Source: Raillietiella orientalis (lineage: Eukaryota). Taken from it: a stretch of DNA of 64,000 nucleotides. The notes beneath the pieces were generated by a model. That model searched no databases. It had not been told where the DNA came from and saw nothing but the letters and a program-made list of their open reading frames with translations. Made by a program: the position numbers and the translations under genes. Positions 47,176 through 60,550 of the stretch are shown piece after piece; the first letter of the stretch is position 1, and the number at the start of each line of letters is the position of its first letter. The stretch spans positions 1,984,001-2,048,000 of the forward strand of contig JAYWIR010000023.1 in NCBI GenBank assembly GCA_036172245.1, given 5' to 3'.

Positions 47176-48916
47176 CCGGGCCAGTCAGCAGACACGGCTG
47201 CTTCCAGTGCCTACGCTCAAGGATCTCTCAGGTAGGAGGAAACAACCTGAAGATCTTTCTGGAGAAGGATGCTTTACACTACACGTGTGGATAGCTCCAT
47301 GCTCTGAAGGTAGCTTATGGCGACAGTCTGCTTTGCACCGGCCTCCATAAGGTTCAATTCGTTGAACCAGTGTTAGTATTCCTGAACTAGTGCAAGTCTG
47401 TCCCACACCGTGATTCAGTTGGATAACTTACGCATTTATTCAGAAGTTTGTTGATTACATTCATGTTAAGAAAGACGGTGCAAAGACGAAGCAGAGGAGT
47501 TTTGAACCACCTTCTTCACCTGCCTCCTTCAACTTGTCCTTATGGCATGGCTGTAATTTTAAAGGTAGCGACCTATCCGATGTTTTCAACTAACATCCCT
47601 GGAGTATTTAGTGTTGAACACATTGACCTTCCGATGTGTTCTGTTCTATTTTGTTGAGGATTTTATTAATTCGATCCGCAAAACTTCGTCGTTGGTCATA
47701 TCCTGAGACCCCCAGAGTTCATACGACGATTGCATTTGATATGAAGGGAGTTCTCTTGGAGGTGAAATGGGGAGCCTCTGTATTCGCTCTCCTTTTTCCA
47801 CTTCTTTTTTAGCGTCTTCATTAAGAAATAATAATAATAAAATGAAGAACATGTTACAGTTCATAGTCCAGATCTTTCAGCTGCGGAAAACTCTCCAAGA
47901 AATCTTTCGTTTGCCAACTGTGCATTGAAATTCCAAAGGAAAAAAAACCCAACATGTCTGATTCTGTCATGGCATGAAATTGCTTGCTGGAAGAACCATG
48001 AACCAAGTGCATGCTGAATCAAGAGAACTCAAGAATAAATTTCCGGTTTGTTTATGTGCACCCATTAGCACCGAGAGGAACAAACGCCGATTCTTTTAGA
48101 GCTGAAGAAGCTGTAATGGAACATTGAGCAAAGATGCCATGGGAGAAGAAACTAAGTGTCCATCCTATAAATTACCTATATTGACTTCAGAGTGAAGGAG
48201 AGAGTTTGGAAAAATAAGTAATTTAGGAAGCGAAATTTACTGACATGCTCTTCACTCGCCATTTCTAGTTATGCAAGTATCTTCTAAACTCAAATTGTGG
48301 AAAGTGATGCAGCACTGTTTCCGGCCTGTCCTAAGTAGTTCCTACTCAATCTTTATCGCGGATCCATTTGCTGGATTCCTGTTACCGGTAATTATGCACT
48401 TTTTCCCCGAGATTTCTCCATCTAGTTAGTAGAATGATCATGAACGGGGTAAGCGCTTTCAGGAAATCCTTTAGATTTCAGCCAACTAAGATTATCTCAG
48501 TTCCTGAGGGATAGACAATTTTTTTTCCTGTCGCATTGTACCTCATGTGAGGCTCATTGACCGACGAATATGAAAAAGCGATACTAGAAGATGATGAGAT
48601 GAAAACGCGCATTCAGGTGGATTGCGCCCCTGTTTACGTAGACTCTGCCTCACAGCAAGCAGGTGTTTGTTAGAATGAAAGCTGCTGATCTGTACCGTGC
48701 TATACCAAAAAGGGAGTTCAAGGTTTCAACAGAAATAGTCCACAAGAAGAGAAAAAAGAAGGGAACACAGCTGATCGAGGAAACGATGCAAACAAAATGG
48801 AATATCCTTCCCAGAAACCAAGAGATATTCGGAATGGGTCCCTTGTTCCGATAGATCTTTTCGTGAGAAAAGGGGAACGAGTCACCATACTCCACTCATA
48901 CTGCCCATTCAAAAAG

Positions 48917-50600
48917 ACACTTTTATTCATGCTTGGGTTTGCCGAATGGTGTGCCGAGGTATACATCCAGTGATCAGAGAATGTTCCATCATCTTCAGCG
49001 TCTGGCTGTCCTCTCCTCTCCACCCTCCACTCGCGGCTGCAGTCACACGACGAGTCTTTCACCCACACCGATGGGGTGTCAACCTGTGCCTTGAGTGGAT
49101 TTCCTCGGAAAGGCGCGTGCTGGCATCCACCCATTCCCTTCCACTCCTCAGTTTCTCTAGCACTTCCTCGTCGGTCGGATTCCATATTCCCTGAGATCCT
49201 AGGACATTCAAGGACAGCATCTCTGGCGGACGAAGGTGCCTGTTTATCACGAATCGGTTGGAATCCCCTCCTCTGAACTTTCCCCTCTCCCCTTTCCTCG
49301 GTGCTTCAACAGGAGAATCGTAGGAGCAGGCGACGTCCATTCTGAGAGCAGCCTTCCCGTCTCCGTGGAGCAGGGCCTCACGAGGTCACGGTCCAGATGT
49401 GTTCCAGGAAAGGATGGAACTGGACCACCACTTCGTCGCGTCTCCAGATGATCCTCCTCTCTCGTTCCAGGTGGTGCTGTGTTGGAGGACGTGGTCACCT
49501 TCCACAGGTGCACACACACGTCCATCACGTGGGCGTTGTGTGCACGGATGTGGAATTGAGTCGCGCCGCGCGGACCGACTTGCGATCGGAGGGTCTTGAA
49601 TTTCCGCCATGGAACAGGAAACGAGCCGATTCCCGATGCGTTGTCGCATTCAGGACAATGGCGCTTCCTTGGATCCCGGATGCTTTTCAATGAGGGAAAG
49701 CCATGCTTCGTTGGGCTGGAGGTGATTTTCTTCTTGCGCTGGTTTTCTTTACCCGACCGCAATTCCGGGCTCCCTGGAGGCGTTCCGAGCCACTAGACGT
49801 TGAGCTCGTCTTTGCACCCGGCCTTCCGGCTCGCGTGACCCTCGTAGCGTGGTTGGAATGTTGGCATGGCATGGATAGCAGCGTTATGGAGGAGTTGCAC
49901 ATGGAGAAGCTGCAAGAAAGCCAGCTGACCAGGTTGATGATGTTTCCCAGAATCCATCACGGCCGGCACATCTACTGGGCTGTCCGGCTGGGGAGTCCTC
50001 CGAGTGACCGAGTGCAGAACCTACATAGTCGCGTCGTGAGGGGTAACCACCGACCTCAAGTCCCTCGGAACCCGGGAACTCAAGCAAGGGGACTTGGCGC
50101 AAGGGCAGGAATACTTGGTTTCGAGTGGAATTCTGCAGCCACGGCTATCCCTAGGCCGTCAGGATTGGTACCGAGATCGATCTGTCCTCAGGACTCGCTT
50201 CTAGCGTCTTTCTCTTGTTTGAAGTTCCCCTCAGCACCGGGTTCCTTTTCTTTTGGCGGTCTGCGGCGACGGCGGCTCGTGGTTCTGAGTTTGAGGTCCA
50301 GCAGCTTGAGATCGGGAGTTCTTCAGTGCAGGAGCGCGGAGTGCTCTCACTCTCGGTCCGAAAGCCCTTTGCTGGCAAAGAACCACCCTCTTGGTTGCAA
50401 TGTGAACTGGAGTTCGAGTCTGAGGCTCTGCGACCAGGACGTGCGTCCGGCTCAGCGGCTAACTCCTCGGGTCAACTTGTGGATCTTCCACTTTTCTCTC
50501 ACATACAAACGTGTCCGCAGCATTTGCAGGTTTATGGAAAGTGGGCCGAGGAGGCTGTGCTCCGTCTTCTCCGCGCTGAGAGGCTCCTCGTCGTCATAGA
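48917..50600 (-). mobile_element. RLE retrotransposon derivative: N-terminal C2H2-like region joined to thumb, CCHC, RLE and 3' UTR; RT core absent
   Basis: Repeat of 33866-34657, extended 5' by GLPSRTAQ...LGNIINL (thumb-like) and FASKGLSDRE*EH / CKCCG (zinc-finger-like); AATAAA at 48927-48922. Confidence 0.65.
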
Positions 50601-53600
50601 AACAGGAAAAGCAGAAAGACCGCTTTTACAAAAAAAAGAAAAATCTACCGAGAAAAGAAATGCTACCTGGGGTCTACCTGTGGCATAGGAGAGTTCTTGT
50701 GGAGGTCTTCAACGAAAGAGGAGCCGCGAGGGCTTTGAATTCGTCACTCCGGCTGCAAAAAATATAAAATCTGCCAAGGCAGGCTCGGAGGAAATCATGC
50801 TCCCTTTCCGCTTTCCCCCATCCACTTCTGTTTTCGTAGATGATGTCATTAAGGCACCGCTATTTTCGTCATAAATTGTGCAAATGGATTCCCGGAAGGA
50901 AGGCGCATCCAGATGTGGAAAAAAAAAAAAAATTCTGTCCCTTTTTTCTCGGCTGCGATTTCCGTTCTTCTTCTGCCTCTCTCCCCCTTCATTTCTTCAT
51001 TTCCCTGTTCCCGCCTCTTTGGAGCTCTCGGTAGGGAAAGTAAGCTCGGAGCAGAAAGAGCTCCTTCCGCTTCTCCTCTCTTCCCCGATCGGCAGGCGGG
51101 AAGAGCGGGGAATCGCAACCGACGCGAGGAACCCGGACTGCGCGTTCCTTCCTTGCCCCGAAACCTCTGAGACGCCCACTGACCTCGCTCCGCCGGCCCG
51201 AGACCACGCCGCCTACTTCTGATGCCCCCAGTGATGCAGATCTTCAAAGAGTTCGAGCGACACCGAGTCGCTCACCGTTGACCCCCTGAGGAGACTCCCC
51301 GGACAGCCAGCTGCCGCCGCTGTTCACAGGGCATCCGCTGCACCCGGAGGCATGTCCAACACCTTCGCGCGAATCGAGAACGGAAGCTGACGGGGCAAGG
51401 AAGCAGCGGGTGCTGATTGATGCCCAGCGGGTGAGCTCACGATGGTCCCCGAAGAAGCATCGCGCATCCGTCAGTAGGTCATCTGTACTTGGTACTGTTG
51501 AGTGGAATCGACCGCACACGAGTGTGGCTGATGGGAGTGGCACGAACAGCGGTCACGCGGAAGTGCATAATGCGAGGGTGTGGATACGGGTGGTCAGCGT
51601 GCGGATGCTAGTGTCAGGGCGCGGTGCGAATTCGAGCCACACGAGTGACACCACCGGTTTGAGTGATGTAAGCAGGGGTGGTGAACGAGGCGCGACTGTG
51701 GGGCGTTCGACCGATCCAATGCCGGTTTGGCATGCGAGACATTGCTGGAGCTGAAGGCGAAGATCGGAAGGGACGCAGGTTCGCGCGAAGTGCTTCCCAA
51801 GGTCGAACCCAGAAAAACTCCTTATTGAATCTGGCCTGGGAATTTTCTCCCCCTTCCAGCCTTCATAGGCAGCTGAGCGCGCAAACCGCTGGACCATCCT
51901 GTTTTCATGGTTCTCACCAGATCCACTCTCGTGATTTTGCTACTGCAACAAGAGGCCACTTTTGAGTAGCCGCTGCTCCTTTCGTTTGGCAAAAATGTCT
52001 ACGGCACGCAAGAGCGGTGACTTTGTGTGGACCCTGATCACACCCACCGCTCTTTTCAGATGCCGTAATGATCATTAGATTCTATCAGAAACAGTCTACT
52101 TTGCGTTCTTTCCTTGATGGCTTTCCTCCATGCATCCTCTTCCGTTCGAAATCGGCCAACTCCCATCTCGGAGTCCTGTCTGTGGACATTTTGCCTCTTG
52201 CAAACCCGGCAAATGGAAGGATGTGTGGTGAGAAAAATCCCTGCCGCGCTTCGCGGACTCCGCGTTGATCTTCAGGACTTTCGCACAACATGCCACGATC
52301 TTCTTCTACGACTGTTTTCCGAAGCAGCGTTCCTGATGCAACGGCTGTTGAAGCCTTCGTTAGTCGTCAACTCCTGTGGAATCCATTTTGGATGGAGCTT
52401 TTGCCACAGCTTTCCGATCCGGGAGGAAGATGGCTCTGCCTGCAGTTACGTACACAGATCTTAGTTCTCTGAACTCAGCCACCGAATCCTTTTGCACTCG
52501 GAGCGGATGCTGCTCGCTGAATCTGAACACCCTTGGACTCTCAGGTGCTCCAGAGCTAGAGTCAAAAGCTGGACCGCATCGATGTGCTGGTTCCCGATGA
52601 ACCTGCTCATGTGCAGAGCAGATTTCTTGCTCACTCCTACACGAAGTCATCAGGAGGAGAAGAACAAAAGAAGGAGTTTGACATTCCTTAGGAGGCATTT
52701 TCATCTTCAACATTTTGTGCTTAGCAGAGGTTTATCAGCTTCCCTGTTCAGAACTTGAAGGAAACCACCATCACTGGAACACTCTACTCGCATTCCGAGA
52801 TGGCAGTATTCAAAAAAGAGAGGAAGGATACGTCCTTTACGAAGAATTAATCTCTTTCTCTCCCGCACGCGCGCGGCCACATGATCTGCGAGGGTAGGAA
52901 CATGCTCCTTCCTTGTGAGTCGCCTCCAGGAGAGCAGGAGAAGATAAAGAAAGGAAGCTTTCTGTCTCTGAAAATTCTCCTTCTTCACTTTAGTCCGAAG
53001 TTCCTGCTGGAACCCGGCCTCCCTTTGCCGGGATTCTTGGCCTATCGAACCCCATCGAAGACCAGACACCAGAAGACTTCTGTGACCTCCATCGCTTCCC
53101 TTATCACAACTGGGATTCAAGTTCCTCTTTTTCTGTCTTTAATTGTTTTCCTCGCTTTAAGCAGAAGAGCACTGAAGTCTCTCAACAGTCTCTCTATCCG
53201 TTTGAACTGGGTCAAGAGAGTCACAAAAGTTCGTTCCGCTCGATGGGAGAATTAGGTGGTTCTTGTGGATCTGGAGGTCAGTGAGGGTCGCGGCTGTGGA
53301 AAGCAAAGGAATAAAAGACGAGGAGAGCATAAATTAGTAGAAGATGCTCCACCAATCATGAATCAATCCTCATTCAGTAGCCCTGGAATGTAGGCAGGGA
53401 GCTTTTCTCCTAGGGATTTCTTCTTGCATTGCACAATCCCTGTTGCTCCCCATCCTTTCTTGCGACCTTGCGATAAAAGCTGTCAGCTCAGCCTTGTCTT
53501 ACTGCCCGCTGAAAATCGTTTAAAGGAATGTAGCGCCCGCCCTACATCTGCCGTAGTTCTTGTCCTTGAGAGTAAAGTGATCGTCACAGTGACCAGATTC

Positions 53601-54949
53601 TTGCCCGTACGAGGGCAACCTCCAAGCTTCATCTCCCTAATCTTTTCCTGACCCACCATTTGTTCCTTCTCGAGTTTTACTAAGAAACTCCCAATCTTCT
53701 CAGCCTGCAAGCTCCGTGTTGAGCGTGTCCTGCGTCATCATGAATTGGGGGCCGAGGGTGTCTCACGGGGGGAAGAGCACCCTCTTTATTCCTCTTCCCC
53801 TTCCACAGTCGAAGTTCTGATCCTTCGTGAAATTCAAAAATGCGGATGAATCCTAGGTATCCAGGCTAAGGCGAGCTCCTCAAAATTTCCTTGGATCATG
53901 CAGCTTCATCTAAGATACTCTAATACTATCTAACGAATTCCCCCCATCTCTCCTTGCTTTTGCTCTTAAAATAGAATGCCTTCATCAGAGGGAGTTCTCA
54001 GGGGCAACTCCCACATGTTTTTTAGTTCCCTTTTTTCCACAGGCGAAGAGGAGAGACCATGCATGAGAAGTCTGCTGAAAATTCGGAAGAAATTTCCAGC
54101 TTTTCCGGACATTTCGAGATCAGAGATTCTTGGGGAACGAAACGAACAAACGTCTTCTGCGAGGCATAGAAGATTCTTTGTTTCGCAGCAGCTTTCCTCC
54201 CTTCGCTTTCCCAAGCGCAGAGCTTCAGCAGTGCCTCGGAAATTCACCCCCTATTGCAGCCGACCCTTCTCCGGGATTCCTACTGAGTTTGGGTTCTTCA
54301 GCGCTCATCACCCACACGGAATTTGGTTCACCATCTGGGTCTTATCAAGTCTCGATGCAAAATGATCATTCGTGCAAAATGGTCGTACTCGGAGGGCAGA
54401 GGGGTTGGTGGAGCGGACGACGATGAGCGAGGCCGACGGCAGCGCAAGAACGTCCTGACTGGCTGCCAGCCCAGCCCACGAACTCGTGGCTTCTCCTCGA
54501 GCTGCGTGGAAGAGCCGGAAGCGAGCCGTCAACCAAGCAGCAGCGGCTGGAGTGAGCCGACCACCAGCCTGCCCAATACAACGCTCCTACCGTGAAAAGA
54601 AAAAAACACACAAAAAGCAGATGATGCTGCAGTTTTTTTCCCTGTTTTATTAACAATCAACTAGCCTTGACCTTTTTGTCCTTGAGTGGTCTGAGGGTCG
54701 GTCTTCTAGAGTCTCGACTACACAGGTCCTCTCTCAATTGTTCAGTGTCGCATAGCCAGTGCACCTCCAGCACATCTCACCACTGCTCTCGATGTTGGAC
54801 GATGCCTCAGCTTGCTGAGCTGGTCCACGGACGCTCTCGGTATCTCCAGGCACGTCTTGCTCTAAAGACGAGAGTCTCAACGGGCAATCGAGTGGACCGA
54901 TGCTAGGATTCCTCCTGTGAGTGGGAAGCCAAGATCCCTTTCCTTTTTT

Positions 54950-56690
54950 AGAGTCCCCTGACACGCTGTTGGTATTCTGTCGAATCGGCCGCGTACGCCG
55001 CATGTGATGACGCTGTCCCTTTTTCTCAGGGAGGGGTCAAGTCGCGATGACGACTCGATGCCGGGAGCCACTCGGTTGCTGGGCAGGATCCTCCATCGTC
55101 TGTGCGCGGGCTTCGTGGGGTATTCGATAGAGACGCCATGCCTGCCGACGTGCGACTGCTGCCCCTAGTGATTGATTTCATACGAGTGCCATTTCTGGCA
55201 CAGGCGGCAAGATCGATTTCCTGCTTGTTTCCGAGCTGACACTCGCAAGGATAGGAGACGAAGACGTGGGCATGGATGAACTCGTAGTTCGCGAGGTCTG
55301 GGCGGTTTTCCTCTGGTGAGAAAGCAACTGGAAGTCGGTTGCTACCCACACAGCGCACCGGTTTTAGCTGGCTTAGAATGCTTTTGGGTCGAAGATCGCC
55401 GTGCCTCGCTTCTCGGCACGGTGCGAGCTCTGGGGGTCAACTTTCGCTTCGTGCTGCATTTGCTTTGGTATGACCTGATTTTGCAAGTGTTCATTGCCCG
55501 CTGAGTTCATTGATAATGACGAGGAGCATGTCAGCAGGCTCGTCAAAGCACTGCATGGTGCTGCGGTCTTTGAGAGCGTAGTCGAACATGACAAGAGAGG
55601 AGCAAGATACTCTGCATCTGTTTGCTGCTGAAGGGAGCGATCTTAAGATCTAGGATGTGGGAGTCCCCTAGGGCAGTCAGCCCATAGAGACGGACTTGGC
55701 AATCGCCTTTTGCGACAACGACTTCTCCAGAAGTGTTTACTTTGATCATCTGACAACAATGCAGCTAAGCATCTGCAGGAAGATGGCTCGTTCATAATCT
55801 CTAGGTGCTCTTCAGTTTAATGGGGACCACGAGGCATGTGGTGTTGAATGGTGAACACCGTCCACACCCTGTGATGATCGCGTGAAACCAGAAAGGGAGC
55901 ACCTGCGTTCTTTCTGAGTTTGCAGAGGAATGGAGCGTCAAGAAATCAATGAACTCACACGCTGCTGCTGTGAACTTCCATCGCAAGCACCCGCTGTGCA
56001 TTTGAGAGGCACAACACAAAAGTTTACGTTCTCTCGAGGTCAGCGCACCCAGGTTCCAAGCTTCCGGTCGCAGTCCACTTGCAGAATGATGCATAAGACA
56101 CGAAAATACACCACCATCGTGGAATTCTCATCCAGTTACCTGGACCGCAAGAAGAACGGTACTCGGCGATTTCATCTCCCTTCTCCGAAGGGAGATGGGT
56201 AGGGAAGGGGGTGGGCAAACTTTTCATTAGCTCATTCCTACCATCACTTGGGTCGACGAAGCAAGAATTGGGAACAGGACGCGCCGCAACTCCTCCTTCA
56301 TCCACCGAGTCCAGGAAGTGTTTTCCATCCTTTGTCACACGTCGAGTCTATCACGTGCTAAGGGTCGTCTTCCATCTGACGTCAGAGCAGTTGTGGGTCC
56401 TGTTCCTCCTGGATCCCACGAAATTCTATGACTCGCAACGTGTCGTCACTGCTTTTCTTCCTGCTATCGGGAAGGAGTCGCATGAAGGGAAGTAAGGGGA
56501 GGATTTCGATCCCAGAAGTTCTTCGACACCGGTTGTGGCCATGAGAGGGTGCATCTGGCAGTCGTCCCCGCAGCCATAGTGCCTTTTGCGAACGCAAACG
56601 TCCTGGTCTTGAGAGAGGGAAAGACGAAAACCATGGAAGCGAAGAACAAGAGTGCAGACAGAACACATACGAAAAGAAACGGTCAGATCC
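54950..56690 (-). pseudogene. Decayed env-like (Cys-rich, signal-peptide-bearing) region downstream of the BEL/Pao integrase
   Basis: Hydrophobic FLFVCVLSALLFFASMVFVF directly after the integrase, then CVRKRHYGCGDDC, ITGCGRCSPFNTTC, VFVSYPCECQL, NGT; multiple frameshifts. Confidence 0.4.
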
Positions 56691-56699
56691 TGAATTTTC

Positions 56700-57900
56700 A
56701 TCCCGCGAGGACCACAAACTGTACGCGGAGGGTCATCCGGATTGGGAAGTCGCCGTGCACGCGGCCAGCGATGATTCGTCCCAGCGCAAAGTGTCTACGG
56801 GGTGTCGCTAAGAGATAAGAAGCGGCCAATCGGTTTCTTTTCGGTTTCCAGACTCATTCCTGGAGGACCACTCGGGAACTCTCATCGAGTTTTTCCACCG
56901 CGAGGATGAGTAGCACTGAGAAAGAGAGGTTCCAGCCACGGGTCGGATGAGCTGAACCCAACTTTGAGACCGAGAGGGGAATCTGGCGGCCCGCCCTTCC
57001 GACCAGCTCGTTCGGACACGCCACGGAAAGGTTTGAAAATCTGCGCTGAGCGCAACTTCGCGTCGCCAAGTCGAAGGCTGCCTTGAGGGAGCTGCAGCCT
57101 CCGCTCTCGAAAGAATGGAAGCAGGGAGACCGGCTCGAAACGCGACCCGATGTGCCATCTTCCACTCAGCGTACATTACGGGGAGCATGTCTGTACGCAA
57201 CTATGTTTATTCGAATGTACATGTTCCCAGGAGGAGTGGAAAGGGGAGGAAAGAGAGTAATGGCTTGGAGCTCGATGGTGTTTCCCCGAGTCCCTAAAAT
57301 CCAGTAATCACACGCACGCGTTGTTAAGCTGCAGTTGGCGGGCAGGGACTGAGAGCAGCATCCGCTGGTCCATTTGCACAGTTCGGTTGAGGGAAGCCCC
57401 GTTCGAGAGGACGATTTTTGTGATCGCGGTTCACGGATCATTTCTTCTCCTTCCCGGTGATTTCCCTTGTTGCTACGTGGTGCTGGGGAAATCGATTGCT
57501 TCCTGATTTGAGCTCGCAGTCGACGGAAGAGCGGGTGCTGATGGAACAGTGGATTACCATCCTAAATCTCAGTTGTCTGGTTCGGTTATGTTCGGTTCAG
57601 GAACGCAAGCACGCAGCCATTGGGTCAATGCGGTCGGTCGGCCCGCATCGGCAGCCGCGTGGCTGCTGCGGTCTCTGCGCTTGGTAGCATCAAGCGTTGC
57701 GAGTTCGAATCCTCACGTGGAGGATCGAAACCAGAGAAGCAACTGAGTCCTGGGTTTCGAACACCCCCGCAGGATGACGCTGGATGGTCTGTAGGCTTCG
57801 GGTGCGGCAATCGGGTGCTTCCCGTTCACTGACCGGGATTGAAAGTGGACCCTCCGGCGTCCTTCCAGGAATCAGGAAGAACCGGAGCCGAGTACCATCA
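56700..57900 (-). mobile_element. BEL/Pao LTR retrotransposon pol remnant (integrase region)
   Basis: In order: KHPIAAP (KHPIxLP), TTRACD (TRAVHLE), AEWKM (IxWxF), RQIPL (NxRPL), TPRRHFALGRII (PRxxWPLGRI). LTRs not identified. Confidence 0.7.
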
Positions 57901-57989
57901 AATATCACCCCCTCGGGCGTTGACTCTCCAGAGTGTCCAGGAGCGCACTGTTTCGTCCTGGGAGTGCTCTTCAGAGAAAATTGAGAAGC

Positions 57990-58225
57990 GTTTCCTTTGG
58001 GGTTCCCTTCAGAAGAGGAGACAAGGAGCAGATCCTTTCCGGGGAACCTTCCAAAGAAGAAATTCCAGGAGAGGATCCTTTCTGGGTTCCCTTCGGAGAA
58101 GAAACGAGGCGTGGATCCCTCCGGAAAGTCTTTTCGGAGAGAATAAGGAAGAGGTTCCATTTTGGGTTCCCTTCGGAGACAACCAGGGTGAGGATTTCCT
58201 TCAGGGTTCCCTCCCAAGAGTGAGA
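57990..58225. repeat. Degenerate array of GGGTTCCCTTCGGAGA-like units
   Basis: Copies at ~58001, 58084, 58164 and 58204, with variants between them (GGGGAACC at ~58041, GGATCCCTCCGGA at ~58113). Confidence 0.6.
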
Positions 58226-58799
58226 GGAACGGACTTTTTCCTCCGGAGCCTTCCTGGATTCTTAGATTGGTCTCTTCCTGGGATTACCCCTCCCCCCTAA
58301 CTTGTAGAGTTATGCACCTTTAGGCGGTGTGGACAACATTAAAAGAGCTTCGTCCCCCCCCCCCCCAAGTAGAAGAAAGGTTCTTGAGCATCCCTCGAGA
58401 ACCAAAAAAAAAAAAAAACGATACCCGACAAAAAAAAAGCCATTGGGAGGGGACCCTGGGCGGGAACCACGATGGCTGCAGACTTTTTAAGTTTGGATGT
58501 TTCACTTCTAAACTTTGCCTCCCCTCCACGCCCGAGACGGGACCTCCGAAATCCCCCAGACGGCCTCCCGGATGAGAATTTTTTTCAGACAAGGAGAGTG
58601 CGCTACCTGCACGCGCGTGTGTACCGAACCAGAGACCTACGAGGAAACCTCAGGCGGTCCCGGCTGCGGACGAGTGTGCTTTCTCAGGCCACGTTTACTA
58701 TTAGTAGCGGCTTGATTACTAATCACAGCCGGCGAAGCAGAGCCGTGAGAAACGTCTCGAAGCACTTTTGCGTGCAGACAAGGCGACAGCGACGAAGGC

Positions 58800-60550
58800 T
58801 TGCAAACATTTGACGATGCATACTTGTGCTGGAGGATGGTTTCCATAGAGAAAGAATGTCCCACGATCCTCTCTTCCTGTCTTCCCGCTTCCACCCGTCT
58901 CTGTGATTTTAGAACTTCCACTTCGAGCGATGACCAAGTTTATGCTTTCCGAGACATGGTCCTTAGGGGTACCGGTTGTTCGAGCACGCACGCTGCTTCT
59001 TTCCTGAAGTGCCCCTGCCTGATTCTTGGCAACTGCAGATCCCTGCATGCACTGTCGCAATCCGAATTCCAGAGATCTCACTGCGTTCTATCTGTCCGTA
59101 GCAGGCACTCCGCTGCTAGGGAACTGCATCTCCAGTCGTAGGGACTTTGTCCTCTTTTTCTGCTTCGTCTCTTTGAAGCCGTTGACGAAAAAATGATGAC
59201 TACCCTTGTCTTTTTTTTTCCTTCTGCTTTCCAGATGTCCTTCCTTGTTCTTGCTGTTAGCTTTGCAGATTTCTTACCAGAACTCGTCCTTGAGAAAGTG
59301 AAGACTATTTCGGTCACGTCGGTTCAAGATATAAGGAATTAGATATGGAAAAAATGTCGTGATTTTCCATATCTGTTTCCATAGGGATTTTCCCGGAACA
59401 TGCGCAAATTGGAGCAGGAGTAGGAGCAGCCATATACAAGAGACTCGCAAACCATCGTGAGGCGGAGTGAACTTTCGTGTGTCCTCGATACGTGAAGCGC
59501 ATTCTCGTTGCGTACATGCGAACTCTGATAGGACGTACAAAGAGATAGCAACGAGTGAGCGAGAAGCAGGAAGAGCCCCAGTGGACCAGTGAAGAGGAAG
59601 TTCCCTTAATCGAAGAGGAGGAAGTGACTGCAGCCGACTGCTCAACGAAACGGATGTTGCGATTCTCTCGTGATCATCTCTTCCATAGAAGCATCCCTTC
59701 CCTACACTTATCTGCATTCTTTGTCTTTCTATGTTTGTTCATTCCTCCTGGAATCTTTTCCCTGCATTTTCTGTCGCTGCGATGTCGTTCCCGCTGAAAG
59801 AAGCTTCATCACTTCCGTTCCACCCTTATCTTCAACTGCCGCTGCCTTGTCTCCAGAAAAAGTTATTTTCATTCTTCTTTACCATTTCATACTGACTTCT
59901 TGGGACGGAAGCGGTAGTCCTCCTTATCTCCATTCCAATGCCATCTTCCGACCATTGTTTGAATATAAACTTTCTATGGAGAAAAAGACAGTTCCGTAGA
60001 ATCCATAAACATCTCTTGAGGAATTTCTGCTTATAATTCCTAGAAAGGAGCATCTCTTCGACGTTTACAGAAAGAATTTCCGATCAAAACTCGAACTTTC
60101 GGTCAAGGAGATATGAAAATACGAGAACTAATGCAGACCTAGTAATGACGTCTCTGTGGAACTGTTTGCACTGGACGCAACGGATGCAGATTGAGCACTG
60201 TAGAGGGTTTCTTGAGTGACTCAATGTCTTCCCAAAATCTGTCTGGTCCAGCCCCAAAGGGCAGTCCTGAATCAGATGCTTACGTCGCTCCCCGCCCTTT
60301 CTTGAAGAACTCACTCGAAGGCCATCAGAGCAGGTTTCTTGTCCCAGTGGAAAGTTGGCGATTGTCCACGAGCATAACGAAAAAAAAGAACGGCTTTCCT
60401 TCGTATCATGTCGTGGTATTCTGTAAGTATCCTGTAAAGTAGTAGGTCCGTTAGGAAACACGCATGCTCTTCTCATTCTAGTCAGGCAGATTACAGAGAC
60501 ACTACCAGGGCAAGTGCTAGTCATTCCCGGCTCCAATGCTAGCAGCAGCT
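58800..60550 (-). mobile_element. Highly decayed L1/Tx1-type ORF2 (APE end to RT)
   Basis: LQDTYR (APE), KFTPPHDGL (KxPGxDG), KSAKLTAR (KIxAKxLAxR) in the correct order and spacing. Confidence 0.4.

Noticed and set aside
50700..54700. Multiple 60-137 aa ORFs as genes or gag
   Set aside because: No recognisable domains or splice structure; left unannotated.
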